Program-made: the position numbers and the translations under genes
The notes under the pieces: model-generated
What the model was told of the DNA's origin: nothing
What the model saw: only the letters and a program-made list of their open reading frames with translations
The model's database searches: none
Assembly: GCA_965240325.2 (NCBI GenBank)
Contig: OZ251249.1
Location: 744,001 to 808,000 of the forward strand
Direction of reading: 5' to 3'
DNA: 64,000 nt
Source: Rebecca billardiae RCC1528
Lineage: Eukaryota > Protista > Haptophyta
In this document: in pieces, positions 35,511 to 46,055 of the stretch
Position numbering within the stretch: the stretch's first letter is position 1
Layout of the letters: every line of letters begins with the position of its first letter

Positions 35511-38500
35511 TCAGGCGTCTGCGCGCCGAGCACGGCGGGCTGCGGCCGTGCGCGCGCGGTGGTTGAGCGCGAGCTCGCGTGCGGCCCGCGCACGGCGCTC
35601 GTGCGGCAGACACCGGACGCGCACGCCGTCATCCGGCTCCACGTCGTCGTCCGACGAAGCCGACTCGCCGCCCGATTCGGAGGCAGACGCGTCGTCGCTC
35701 GCGCCGTCGGATGAGTAGTCGTCCCAATCGATGAAGCCGCCGAGTGACGTGCCGTCGTCGTCGTCGTCGCTCGACACGTCCGACGCCCAGCCAGATGGCG
35801 GCACGATCGGCGGCGCACGCATCTGCACCGCCGCGTCGCCGGTGGCGGGAAGGCTGCGGATCAGCCGCGCCGGTGTCGCGCCGTGCGGCGCCGTCCCAGC
35901 GCGCAGCGCGCGCCGGAGCGCGGCCTCGTCGCGATCGGCCTGCAGCTGCAGGCCAAAGCGGAGCATGCCGACAGCCGCGCCGCCGCCGTGCACGTCGCCC
36001 GAGCGATCGCGCGCGCCATCGACCAGCGCGCGCGTGAGCGGGCGCGCGCGCAGCTGCTCGTACTGCGCGATCACGCGCGGGTCGGCGATGATGGTGTCGT
36101 AGTCGAGTGCCCAGAGATGAAGCAGCGACGGGTCGCGCACGCGCGAGAGCGCGACGTAGGCCATGCCCGGCGCGAAGAACTCGGCGTTGAGCAGCACGTG
36201 CGTCGGGCACGCGAGCGTCGCGCCCTGCACGCGGTGCACCGTCACGGCCCGCGCCGGCTGCACCGGGAATTGCGTGCGCCGCACGCGCCCCACTTGCCGC
36301 ACCGAGCGCGTGAGCGTGAGTCGATTCACGATGACATCCAAGGAGCCATCCTCGGGGGCGCCGTCGGGGCGGAAGATGAGCTCGCTCGGGCCGAGCTGCT
36401 GGCCGCCCGAGGTGAAGCGCATGTTGACGATGGTGCCGAGCTCGCCGTTAATGTGCTGCCCGCCCACGACGCGCTTGCGGTTGTGCGTGAGCACGACCTG
36501 CGCGCCCACGTACGGCTCGAGCCGGCGTGGGAGCGTTCGAAACTTGCGGTCGACGTCGTCAGCCGCGAGCGCGGGCACCTCGCCCCCGGATTCGGTGCGG
36601 TCGCGGGCGAGGGCGAGCGAGACGCCGCGGTCGATGGCGTCGACGGGGGCGGAGCCGTACACGTCGGCGAGCTCGTCCACCTTGCGACGCAGCGCCGCGA
36701 GGATGATCGCGTCGTGCGTCACTGGGCAGTGGCTGCGCTCGTACGCATGCGCCTCAGGCGCGAGAGCGCCCGCCTTGCGCGCGGCGAGCTCGTCCGCGCG
36801 GACCACCACACGATCCTCGAAGGCGTGCAGCCCCGCGCACGCGCAGTGCGCGGCGCACACGCGCTGCTCGAGCAGCGCGCGGTCGGCCGCGGTCAGGTGC
36901 TGGTGGCCGAGCCGCACCCGCGAGAGGGTGGCCGCCCAGGCCGCGTTGTCCGTGCGACACATCTCGCGCAGCTCGACGAGCCGGAAGCGCGGCCACAGCG
37001 GCGAATCGATCACCTGATCGGCTAGCCTCGGGTTCTCGACCGCGGGGAGCTGGTGCAGATCGCCGGCGACGACGATCGACTTGCCGCCAAACGCGTGCGC
37101 GCAGAACCGGCTCGTGCCCTGCGTCATCGCGTACGTGAGCGCGCTGCTGACCGCCGTGAGCGTGGACGCGTTCAGCATCGAGACTTCGTCGATGACGACG
37201 ATGTCGGCGCGCGCGAGCTCGAGCGCGCGCTTTGACGCGGGCTTGACGCAGCGCGGGTTGAAGCGGCCGGAGGTGGTGATGCCGAGCGCCGAGTGCACGG
37301 TCTCGCCGTCGATCAGCCGCGCCGCCTTCGCGCTCGACGCCGTCACGATCACGCGGTGGCCGCGTCGCCGCCAGCAGCTCACAAGCAGCCGGAGCAGCAG
37401 CGTCTTGCCCGTGCCGCCCTCGCCGGAGAGGAACGCGTTAATTTGCCGCGTACCCGCATCGCGCAGCAGCGCGTACGCGTCGTACTGGTCGGAGGTGAGC
37501 CGCCATGTGCAGGACACGGCATGGCGGCGATGCTCGTCCCAGAAGTGGCCGCCCGGCGCGGCGCGCACGCCGTCCGCGTCGTCCGGATCGGCTGCGAGCT
37601 GCGCGGGCGTCGGCCGTGCCGCGTTGGCGTGCGCGGCGGCCGCGCGCAAAGCTTCGAGCCGCAACGCCTCGTCAGTCGGCGCCGCCGTCTGCGCGCCCGC
37701 GTCGCCTGCGCGCGCGGCGCGGGCGCCGTGCGTCGCGGCCCCGAAGCTTGGCACGAGCTCGCGCAGCATATCGTAGTCCCGCGCCTCCTGCAAATGCCGA
37801 TCGCGCTCGTCGTCTGTCTGCAGCCGCGCCGCGGCGTCGGCCTCGACGGCGTCGGCGCAGCGGCCGCCTGGCAGCAGCCCGCGGAGCACGCACTCCTCGT
37901 CGAGCGAGCCGCTCTCGTTCACCGTGCCGGCCGCGCGCGGCCGCGAGCTGATGAACGCGCTGGGCGAGCTGTCGCGGAACGGCACGTTGAGCAGCAGAGT
38001 CTGATAGAAGTACCCATCGCCGTGCGTGGTCGGCAGGCGGAAGTCGGTGATGATGCCAATCTCCTTCGCGCGCGCGACGACGAAGAGCGAGCCGGGCGTG
38101 GGCGGCGTGCGCGAGGTCGGCTCGCGGTACGGCAGGATCTCCTCGTCCGCCGCGGCGCCCGCCTCGATCGCGAGCGCGTTCTCGCGCTCGAGCTGCTGCC
38201 GCGCGCGCGTGGCCGCCTCCGCGCCCAACGGAGGGACGACGCGCTCGGCGGGGGTGACGTCCTGCCGTCGGCGCGCGTACTCGTCCGCGCGCAGCAGGCA
38301 GGGCAACGCGTCGGCGCGCTGCGCGTCGCTGAGCTGCGCGTACGGCTTGACCTGGTACCGCGCGTGGAACGCCGGGTACGTGAAGCTCTGCAGCACGCGC
38401 GGTCGGCGCTGGTAAGCCTCGATCGGCCCATCGCTCCATCGCGTGTCGCCGGCGTCGACGGCGCCGCCACGTTTGAGGCCGCGCATGCGGCGCTCGGGCA

Positions 38501-41500
38501 GCGCGGTCGGCAGCCGCATCGCGCCCTCGCCGCGAGCGATCGCCAGCCCGAGCGTGCGCGTCACCATCTCGGGCGCGGCGACCACGCGGTTGGTGAAGCG
38601 CAGCTGCCGGCTGAGCGCCGAGCGTCCGGCGCGCCTGCGCATGCCGCTCGTCTCGCGCGTCGCGCCCGTGCCCTCCGGCTTGGCGATGTACTTGGCGATG
38701 TACTTGAGGAAGACGACGCCGCGCACGGCCTGCACGTTGATTGCCGCGCCCCATGCGGCGAGCCAGAGCGGGACGTACGGCGAGATGCGCCGATCCTCCT
38801 CGCGCTCGCAGGTGTACACGAAGCGGCCGGTTTGCGCGTTGAGAGAGTTCGGCCGCAAGCCGGCCGCGCCGACCGTGAGCGGGAACGGGTACGCGCTCTT
38901 GCAACGCCGCAGCGTCGCGCCCTTCTTGCCGCGGGTGCACTTGGGCACGCACTCGTGCGTCTGCCACCTGCGCACGCACTCGCGCCAAGCGTGCTGCGCC
39001 GCCGTGCGCGGCTCGCGCGGCAGACAGTGCGTGATGGCGGCGATGCCCGGCGGCGGCTCGTCATCGGCGCGCGGCCGCGGCGGCGCCCCCTCGGCCTCGC
39101 CCATCTCGGCGTCGCCGGCCGCGTCGTCAGCGCCGTCGGCGCGGTCGGCAGTCGGTTCCTCGACCCACACCGCCATGTGCACGTGCAGCGAGCCGCGCGC
39201 CTGGTCCTCGTGGCGCAGAAACGTGTGCGTGATCTTGCCGAGCGGCGAGAGCACGCCTCGACTCAGGTAGCGCTTGAGAAACAGGTCGAGCCGGTGGTGG
39301 TAGTGCCGCGTCGCCTCGACGTACGCCTTTTCGTGGTGGTGGCCCCAGCAGGCGTTCGCGAGGTCGCACCAGCCCGACTCGTTCGCGGTGAGCGTCACAA
39401 AGTATTGCGGTGTGCGGTACTGCACCGCCATCGCCATCAGCTGGTGGTAGCGCTCGCGCCAGTAGCGCAAACTCCCCACGACGGCGCTGCCGACGCGCCG
39501 CCCAAACGTCTCCTCCGTGGCGATGTGCTGCGCAGCGCCGGGCGCGGCGCCGTCGAGCGCCTGCGCGCGCTCGCGCACCTCGCCATCGAGCTTCGCCAGC
39601 TGCTCGGGCGTCAGCTTCGCCGCCACGTCGCCCTGCGCGAGCGTCACGCCGCCCGCGTGCATCGCGCGCTTGTTCGTCCGCTGATGCAGATACATGAGCA
39701 CCTCGGGCGCGCGCGCGAGCTGCACGTTGGGCGACGTGAGGCGAATGCGCTTGTAGTGGCCGAAGGAGACGTGACGGCGCTTGCGCGCGCCATATCGGTC
39801 GCTGCCGAGGCAGCCGGGCGGCGGCGGCGCGTCGTCCGGATCCCCGTCCGAAGCCTCGTCGTCGGCGCGCCCTCCGGCCGACGCCGCCCAAAGCAGCGCC
39901 GCGTCGTCATCGTCGGCCGCGCCCTCGGCGCCGCGCTCGGGCTCGCGCACGTCGGGCTCGCGCCAACCGCCGAGGCCGTACCGGTACCACGCGGTGAGCA
40001 CGGCCGTATCCGCTGTGCCGTCGTACGCGCCCGTCGCCGGCTCGCCCACCGCGCTGAAGGGCGCCGGGCGCGGCGGGCGGCGCTGCGCCTCGGCCGCCGC
40101 CGCCTCGGCGCGCGAGACCACCGTGCCGAGCGTCTGGTGGCGAAGCGCGTTGTGCGCGAGCAGCGCCTGCGGGTCAGGCTCGACGCCCGACTCGAGCACG
40201 CCCTCGAACGCGAAGGGTACGCCGTCGCCGCTCGGTCGCGGCGGTGGCGGCGCCGCCGGGTCGACCGCCTCCGCCTCCGCATCGGCGAGCGTCGCGTCCT
40301 CATAGTCGGCGATTGGCAGGCCGCTCGCGGCGAGCTGGTCGCCGAGCGCGCCCTCGGCCGGCGGGAACGGGTCTCGTAGGTTGCGCAGCAGCTCGCGCTC
40401 GAGGCACACGAGCATGTCGCGCACGAGCGGGTGCGTGCGCTTCAGCTCGTCCAGCGCGGCGCGCAGCCGGCGATCTCGATCGGTGCACGGCATGCCCTCG
40501 CGACGAGAGGCCAGGATGACGTCCGACCAGCCCGCAAAGTCAGCGGGCAGCAGCAACCCGCCGCCGCCCATCGAGTCGTAGCCGTTGCCCATCCTGCCCG
40601 CATAGCCTCGAAAGAGCGCGGACTCCATCTTCAGCACGGACAGCGCGAGCCGCTCCTCGACGGTGAGCGCAGCGAGGGCGGGCGGCAGCGGCACGCCCAG
40701 GCCGGTGGGCTTGAGCTCGCCCTCGATCGAGGTGAAGCCGTCGCACAGGTCGAGGCGCGACGTCGACGTCGTGTGCACCGCAAACGGCTCGGTCGGCAGC
40801 TTGGTGGCCTGCGCGCACGGCGTGCACGACCACGCGGTGTGGTACTGCCGCCGCGAACGGCGCGTGTCGTAGCTGTTCTGCAGAAGCATGCGCGCCGCAT
40901 ACGCGCGCTCCTTGCCCTCCGCCTCCTCGTCCGGCGCAAAGTTGAAGAGGTCGGCGGGGACCATGGTGTGCTCGCGCTCGAGCTCGCGGATGAACGGCTG
41001 GTACACGCGGTACGCGCGCAGCGACTCGAGCGAGGTGGCGCCGACGACGGTGACGCGCCTGGCCTCCTTCGCGTACATCATCGTGCCGCAGCTGAAGCAC
41101 ACGCGGCACGGCCGATCGTCGTACATCGCGAGCGTCTCCGCGAGCACCCCCCACTGCTTCTCGTCGAGGTCGAGCTGCATGCTCCCGCCGAGCTGTTCGC
41201 GCTCGGCGGCGAGCGCGCGCACGGTGGAGAGGTGCTCGAGGCCCGACCCCACCGCCGCGTAGTACGCCGCGTGCGCCGAGCGGCGCCGCACCGCGTAGAG
41301 CGACTGGTCGCCGATCGCGTACGTCGTCACGATCACCTCGGGCGCGAGGTTGAACAGGTCCGCGTCGGCGGCCGTGCTGTCGGGTGGCAGCTCGCGCATC
41401 GTCGTCCGTCCGGCGCCGTCGTGCGAGACGTGGACGAGACGCAGCGGAGGCACCGCGCTCGCGTTGGCCGCGTCGCCCCCTCCCGCCGCCGCGACCGCCG

Positions 41501-44500
41501 CCGAGAGCTCCGCCACGATCGCGCCGATGGTAGTGTCCGCCGTCACGTCCGCGACCGTGATCGCCTCGCGCGGCGCGGGCGACGCGAGGAACTGATCGGC
41601 GTGGACGCACGCCTCGCACGCCGAGCACACCTCGAGCGCGGTCGTGGCGCACGACGCGGTCTCGCCGCGTCCGTGCGCGCCACCCGCGCCAGCGCGTCCC
41701 GAGCCGCCGCCGTCGCCGCCGACCGTCGGCACGCCGCGGTCGCCCGTCGCAGTGCGGTCGCTCGCGTCACCGCCGACTCCGCCGCCGCCTGCTGCCGCGC
41801 CCAACCCCGCACCGCTGGCGCCGCCGGCCGCCCCTGCGGCGCGGCCCTCCGCGCCGCAGCTGCGCGGCTCGGAGCCGTCGCTCGAGTCCCCGCCGCCCCC
41901 GCCGCCGCCCGCGGCCGCACCCGCGCCGCCGGCCGCCGCCGCGTTGCAGCGCGCCGCGCCCCCAACGCCCATCGCAGACCCGTCACCCGAGTCATCGTCG
42001 CCGTCTCCGCCGCCGCCCGCGGCCGCGCCGGTCGCGCTCGCGCTCACGGCGGGGCCGACGCGCAAAAGGCACCGGCGCGCGCAGCACGTGCAGTCACCAA
42101 TCGTGTCGGCCGTGCACGCCGACAGGATGATCTGCTCCTGGACCACGGTGAACGGAAACTCGTACGGAATGGTCGCGCGCTGCCGGCGACGATCGATGCG
42201 CGCGCCTGGCGCGTAGTGCGCGCCCGGCTCGAGCGGCGTCCACACGCCGTGCAGGAGGCGCGTGCGCGGGCGCGAGTAGTCGACGCGATCGACGGCCTCG
42301 GGGGGCTGCGCCGTGTCGAACTCGACGCGCAGCAGCCGCAGCGCCTCCGCCCGGTGCGCCTCGGGCATCCCGGCCGTGGCCGCGCGCAGCGCGGCAGTCG
42401 CGCTCGGCAGCTCGCCCGTCTCGGCCTCACACAGGCGCGCGCGCTCGGCAGGATCGGCGCAGCGTCGGACGAGCTCGCGCAGCTCGTCGTCTGCGTCGGC
42501 GGGGAAGAGCGTCGCGAGCAGCCGCGGCTCGAGCCTGTCCACGACCTCCCGCAGCCGCAGCAGCCGCTCCTTGCACGCCCTCGGCGTCTTCCCCTCGAAT
42601 GCGGGCCACGCGCGCTGCGGTGTCGCGTGCAGCACGTGAGCATACTGCGTCTGCAGCAGGCCGATGTCCTGCTCGATCGTCCACGACGAGTCGTTCTGCG
42701 TGTAGAATCGCAGGACGCGCTCGTCGTGCATGGTGCGCAGCGCGGCGTGCAAGCGCCCGAACGCGCGCTCGGGCGAGTCCTCCGGCGAGAGCTCGCCCTG
42801 CGGCTCGGTGCCCGGCTGCCGCTCCCCCTGCGCGCCGCGCGCCGCCTGCGCGCCGCGCGCCGCGTGGGCGTCGACGCCCTCACAGCCGGTGGGCAACGAG
42901 GCCTCGGCCGTGTCGCCGAGCTGCGCGGCGGCGGGGCTGGTGGGGTCGACGTCCATGTCGGTCACGGACGGCTCCACCTCGTGCGCGCGCGGCGCCGCCT
43001 CGCCCGCGTCGGTGCCGCACGGCGAGCCGCCCGAGAGCGTGCTGAGCGGCCAGACGCAGGCGTGCGCGCGCGGCGCGTGCGCGCGCAAAAGGTCCTGCAG
43101 CTGGCGCGCGCACTGCGCGAGCGCGGGCTTCGACGCCTGCCGATGACGTTGCGACATGCTCTTGGCGGAGCGGCCGTCGAACTGCATGAAGAGCACGGCG
43201 AGCGCGTCGTCCACCGGCAGGCACAGCTCGCTCGCGTGCTCGTCGAGCACGGAGTGCAGCTGCGCGCGGCCCTCGGCCCCGAGCGCGCGCTGCAGAGCCT
43301 TGGGCCACGCGTCGCGTGCGCCCGGCGCGCTCGCCACCGAGTCGGCGGCGCGCGGCCGCTTGCCGGCGGCGGGGCGGCGAGGAAGCTCGACGCTCTTGGC
43401 CTGCAGACGCTCGAGCGCGTCGGCGCATTCGCCGCGCAGCAGGTTGTGCAGCGCCCAGCGATGCGACCGGCACTGCTGGGGCTTGAGGTCCGCGAGGAGC
43501 GCATGGCCGCCCGGCGGCGCGCCGACCACACCCGTCTCCAACACCGCGAGGCTCTGCTCGAGCGAGAAGAGCTGGGACTGCGAGCGCGAGCTGATGAGCG
43601 CGCACACGCGCGCATGCGCCTGGGCGCCGAGGACCTCCAGCAGCAACGTGGCCGGCGGCGACGATATGGCGCTCCCGTCAGCCGCCGCCTGCGTGGTGGA
43701 TGGACGCCGCGTCGTCGACTCCGACCGCGTCAGGTGGGGCGCGCAACGGTCAGCAGCTGCGGCGCCATCGCGCGTGCTCGGGGCACGGTGTGCGTCGGTC
43801 TGCGGGGCAGCCGTCGCAGCCGATACGGATGGAGCAGCGCCGCCGCGTGCGCTTGAAGCGCGGTGCGCGTCGAGCCGCTGGACGGCGGTGGGTGCGTGCT
43901 TCCCCAGCAGCGCGCGCAGGCGGTGACGATGCCTGCGGATCTGGTCTGGCGCGACACGGCTCAGCGCGGGATGCTCAGCGGCCGCGCCGTAGCCCAGCCC
44001 GGTCTCGAGCACGGCGAGGCTCTGCTCGACCGAGAAGTTCGAGGACTTGACGCGCGCCACGATGATATCGCGGACGGTTGCCAATCCGTCCACGCCCAGC
44101 ATCGCTGCCAGCGATGCGCCGCCGCCGCGCGCGCGCGCGTTGAGCCAGTCGCCGTCCACGTGCGCGCCGGGCCGCGCCACCAAACTTGGCGCCAAGTGCC
44201 CGCCCTGCTCGCCAGCTCCGCACGGTGGCGCCGTGTCCGCCTCGCTCGCCGCACGATCACGATGCGGTGCGCCAACGTGCGCGCACGGCACCGCGTACAG
44301 CGCGTGCGCCGCCACGGGCGCTGGGCGGCCCACGCGCGCGGCGCAGCCTGCCGCAGAGCAGCAGCCCGAGGCTGCCCGCGAGTGCTGCCCGGCAGAGGTT
44401 GACGCGATGCGGTCGTGCGACGGCGGCAGCTGCGGCGGCGGCGTCGAAGCGGGCTCGGCGCCGGCGATCGCACCCGGCGCGTACGCCATCGGCGTGTAGT

Positions 44501-46055
44501 AGTAGTCGCCACCGGGCATCAGCATCTCCTCGTCGGCCAGCAGCCGCGCGCGCCGCCGCTCCATGCAGACGATGCCGAGCGCGCCGCGCACCGCGCCCAC
44601 GCGCCGCGGCGCACGCCCCAACTCCACGCGCGCGCCAGCGGCGGTGCCGCGGATTCGCCACAGCGGGCGTGCGCGCCGTTGGATGGCGCGCGCGGCGCGC
44701 TCACGCCGCAGCCGCGCGTGCGCGACGGCAAACGCCACGTCCCGCCAGCCCGACTCCGCCTTCGAGGCGCGAGCGACGGCAGAGAGGGCTTGCACCCCAG
44801 CCGCAGGTGGTGGTGCGAGCAGCTGCGATGGCGGCGCGCGGCCAAACCAGAGCAGCCCAGCGCGCGCGGCGATCATCATCGCCGATTCGAGCAGCGCGTC
44901 GTCCTCGGGAAGAGTGGGCGCGTTCGAGGCGCAAACGCGCAGCGCCGTGCACGCGGCGCGCACGCCCGCGCCGTACGCCTTGCGCCGTGCTGCATCGGCT
45001 CCTGCGCCGTCAGCACGCTGCATTGCTGCTTGCATGCTGCTGAGCGCGCGGCGCTGCTCGGCGGTCGCCTTGCACCGAATCGAATCGTGGTCGAGCGCGG
45101 CGTGCTGCGGCGCGCGCGACATCTCGGCAGTGTCTCGGGGCACCGCGTCGGATGTCGCATGACGCCGAGACAGGGTGCTGCGGCGGCTGGCCCGCGCACG
45201 CCGCCTGCGCACGCCGCCACCAACGCGTCGCGCCGGATTCTCCTCGAACACGTGCCAGCCTGCTCCGCTTCGGCACGCACGCACGCGTGCGCGTGCCGCG
45301 GCGCGTTGCGCCCGCTCGTCGCGCGCGCGCCGGCGTGCGAGGCACGATTCCGTGGCCAGCGCCAGATCGCCCGCGCGCCAGTCCACCAGCGCGCGCCGCC
45401 GCTTGACGTCGTCATCACAGTGTGCCACGCGCAGCGCACCTTGCACGCGTGCGTGCACGGCATGCATGTGCGCGGGCACGCAGCGTGCGACGCGCTCCAG
45501 CACGGCAATCTGAGTGCCCGTCACGTCGAAGCTGTCCACGCCCGGAAGGTCGAGCCCGCGCGTCGCGCGCCGGCATCGCTCGACGCGCTGAGGGCGAGGC
45601 GGAGCATTCGCCTCGCGCAGTGCTCGTCTGACACACCCATGTTCGTCGCGCATGTGTACAGGAATGCAGCGCATGACGCGTGTAAGCACGGCCATGTGCG
45701 TCGCCGACGCGTCGAGGGGGTCCGCCCCCGGCATGCTCAGCCCGAGCGTCTCGTGCAGCCCCCGGGGCCGAGGCATCGCGAGGCGCAGGACATCGCCTCG
45801 TGCGCGCTTAACATGGAGTCGTTCGTCGACCATCCACTCGGGGATGGAATCATAGACGCGACGCATCTCGGCGAGGGCAGCCCTGGGAGCAGGTTGAGGC
45901 CCTCCCATTGGGACCACCGCCACAGCGCCGGCGGAGGCACCACGTCTCGTGCGTCGCCGTTCACGGCGGACACACTCACGAACTGCAGTCGAACCGGCTG
46001 CAGCTGAGACACTTTTCTCCGGCCGAGTCACGCGCGTGTTTCCTGCGCTCGTCAT
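35511..46055 (-). CDS. Helitron Rep-Helicase (HUH Y2 endonuclease + PIF1/SF1B helicase), ~3514 aa
   Basis: Rep motifs YFVTLTAN, EDQARGSLHVHMAVW and KYIAKYIAKPE; DUF6570-like LPPALAALTVEERL...ALDELKRTHPL; PIF1 motifs GEGGTGKT, IDEVSM, FGGKSIVVAGDLHQLPAV, QFPVQPARAVTVHRVQGATL and GMAYVALSRV. Start could be 46055 or 45908. Confidence 0.95.
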   Translation of the reverse strand: MTSAGNTRVTRPEKSVSAAAGSTAVRECVRRERRRTRRGASAGAVAVVPMGGPQPAPRAALAEMRRVYDSIPEWMVDERLHVKRARGDVLRLAMPRPRGLHETLGLSMPGADPLDASATHMAVLTRVMRCIPVHMRDEHGCVRRALREANAPPRPQRVERCRRATRGLDLPGVDSFDVTGTQIAVLERVARCVPAHMHAVHARVQGALRVAHCDDDVKRRRALVDWRAGDLALATESCLARRRARDERAQRAAARARVRACRSGAGWHVFEENPARRVGGGVRRRRARASRRSTLSRRHATSDAVPRDTAEMSRAPQHAALDHDSIRCKATAEQRRALSSMQAAMQRADGAGADAARRKAYGAGVRAACTALRVCASNAPTLPEDDALLESAMMIAARAGLLWFGRAPPSQLLAPPPAAGVQALSAVARASKAESGWRDVAFAVAHARLRRERAARAIQRRARPLWRIRGTAAGARVELGRAPRRVGAVRGALGIVCMERRRARLLADEEMLMPGGDYYYTPMAYAPGAIAGAEPASTPPPQLPPSHDRIASTSAGQHSRAASGCCSAAGCAARVGRPAPVAAHALYAVPCAHVGAPHRDRAASEADTAPPCGAGEQGGHLAPSLVARPGAHVDGDWLNARARGGGASLAAMLGVDGLATVRDIIVARVKSSNFSVEQSLAVLETGLGYGAAAEHPALSRVAPDQIRRHRHRLRALLGKHAPTAVQRLDAHRASSARGGAAPSVSAATAAPQTDAHRAPSTRDGAAAADRCAPHLTRSESTTRRPSTTQAAADGSAISSPPATLLLEVLGAQAHARVCALISSRSQSQLFSLEQSLAVLETGVVGAPPGGHALLADLKPQQCRSHRWALHNLLRGECADALERLQAKSVELPRRPAAGKRPRAADSVASAPGARDAWPKALQRALGAEGRAQLHSVLDEHASELCLPVDDALAVLFMQFDGRSAKSMSQRHRQASKPALAQCARQLQDLLRAHAPRAHACVWPLSTLSGGSPCGTDAGEAAPRAHEVEPSVTDMDVDPTSPAAAQLGDTAEASLPTGCEGVDAHAARGAQAARGAQGERQPGTEPQGELSPEDSPERAFGRLHAALRTMHDERVLRFYTQNDSSWTIEQDIGLLQTQYAHVLHATPQRAWPAFEGKTPRACKERLLRLREVVDRLEPRLLATLFPADADDELRELVRRCADPAERARLCEAETGELPSATAALRAATAGMPEAHRAEALRLLRVEFDTAQPPEAVDRVDYSRPRTRLLHGVWTPLEPGAHYAPGARIDRRRQRATIPYEFPFTVVQEQIILSACTADTIGDCTCCARRCLLRVGPAVSASATGAAAGGGGDGDDDSGDGSAMGVGGAARCNAAAAGGAGAAAGGGGGGGDSSDGSEPRSCGAEGRAAGAAGGASGAGLGAAAGGGGVGGDASDRTATGDRGVPTVGGDGGGSGRAGAGGAHGRGETASCATTALEVCSACEACVHADQFLASPAPREAITVADVTADTTIGAIVAELSAAVAAAGGGDAANASAVPPLRLVHVSHDGAGRTTMRELPPDSTAADADLFNLAPEVIVTTYAIGDQSLYAVRRRSAHAAYYAAVGSGLEHLSTVRALAAEREQLGGSMQLDLDEKQWGVLAETLAMYDDRPCRVCFSCGTMMYAKEARRVTVVGATSLESLRAYRVYQPFIRELEREHTMVPADLFNFAPDEEAEGKERAYAARMLLQNSYDTRRSRRQYHTAWSCTPCAQATKLPTEPFAVHTTSTSRLDLCDGFTSIEGELKPTGLGVPLPPALAALTVEERLALSVLKMESALFRGYAGRMGNGYDSMGGGGLLLPADFAGWSDVILASRREGMPCTDRDRRLRAALDELKRTHPLVRDMLVCLERELLRNLRDPFPPAEGALGDQLAASGLPIADYEDATLADAEAEAVDPAAPPPPRPSGDGVPFAFEGVLESGVEPDPQALLAHNALRHQTLGTVVSRAEAAAAEAQRRPPRPAPFSAVGEPATGAYDGTADTAVLTAWYRYGLGGWREPDVREPERGAEGAADDDDAALLWAASAGGRADDEASDGDPDDAPPPPGCLGSDRYGARKRRHVSFGHYKRIRLTSPNVQLARAPEVLMYLHQRTNKRAMHAGGVTLAQGDVAAKLTPEQLAKLDGEVRERAQALDGAAPGAAQHIATEETFGRRVGSAVVGSLRYWRERYHQLMAMAVQYRTPQYFVTLTANESGWCDLANACWGHHHEKAYVEATRHYHHRLDLFLKRYLSRGVLSPLGKITHTFLRHEDQARGSLHVHMAVWVEEPTADRADGADDAAGDAEMGEAEGAPPRPRADDEPPPGIAAITHCLPREPRTAAQHAWRECVRRWQTHECVPKCTRGKKGATLRRCKSAYPFPLTVGAAGLRPNSLNAQTGRFVYTCEREEDRRISPYVPLWLAAWGAAINVQAVRGVVFLKYIAKYIAKPEGTGATRETSGMRRRAGRSALSRQLRFTNRVVAAPEMVTRTLGLAIARGEGAMRLPTALPERRMRGLKRGGAVDAGDTRWSDGPIEAYQRRPRVLQSFTYPAFHARYQVKPYAQLSDAQRADALPCLLRADEYARRRQDVTPAERVVPPLGAEAATRARQQLERENALAIEAGAAADEEILPYREPTSRTPPTPGSLFVVARAKEIGIITDFRLPTTHGDGYFYQTLLLNVPFRDSSPSAFISSRPRAAGTVNESGSLDEECVLRGLLPGGRCADAVEADAAARLQTDDERDRHLQEARDYDMLRELVPSFGAATHGARAARAGDAGAQTAAPTDEALRLEALRAAAAHANAARPTPAQLAADPDDADGVRAAPGGHFWDEHRRHAVSCTWRLTSDQYDAYALLRDAGTRQINAFLSGEGGTGKTLLLRLLVSCWRRRGHRVIVTASSAKAARLIDGETVHSALGITTSGRFNPRCVKPASKRALELARADIVVIDEVSMLNASTLTAVSSALTYAMTQGTSRFCAHAFGGKSIVVAGDLHQLPAVENPRLADQVIDSPLWPRFRLVELREMCRTDNAAWAATLSRVRLGHQHLTAADRALLEQRVCAAHCACAGLHAFEDRVVVRADELAARKAGALAPEAHAYERSHCPVTHDAIILAALRRKVDELADVYGSAPVDAIDRGVSLALARDRTESGGEVPALAADDVDRKFRTLPRRLEPYVGAQVVLTHNRKRVVGGQHINGELGTIVNMRFTSGGQQLGPSELIFRPDGAPEDGSLDVIVNRLTLTRSVRQVGRVRRTQFPVQPARAVTVHRVQGATLACPTHVLLNAEFFAPGMAYVALSRVRDPSLLHLWALDYDTIIADPRVIAQYEQLRARPLTRALVDGARDRSGDVHGGGAAVGMLRFGLQLQADRDEAALRRALRAGTAPHGATPARLIRSLPATGDAAVQMRAPPIVPPSGWASDVSSDDDDDGTSLGGFIDWDDYSSDGASDDASASESGGESASSDDDVEPDDGVRVRCLPHERRARAARELALNHRARTAAARRARRADA

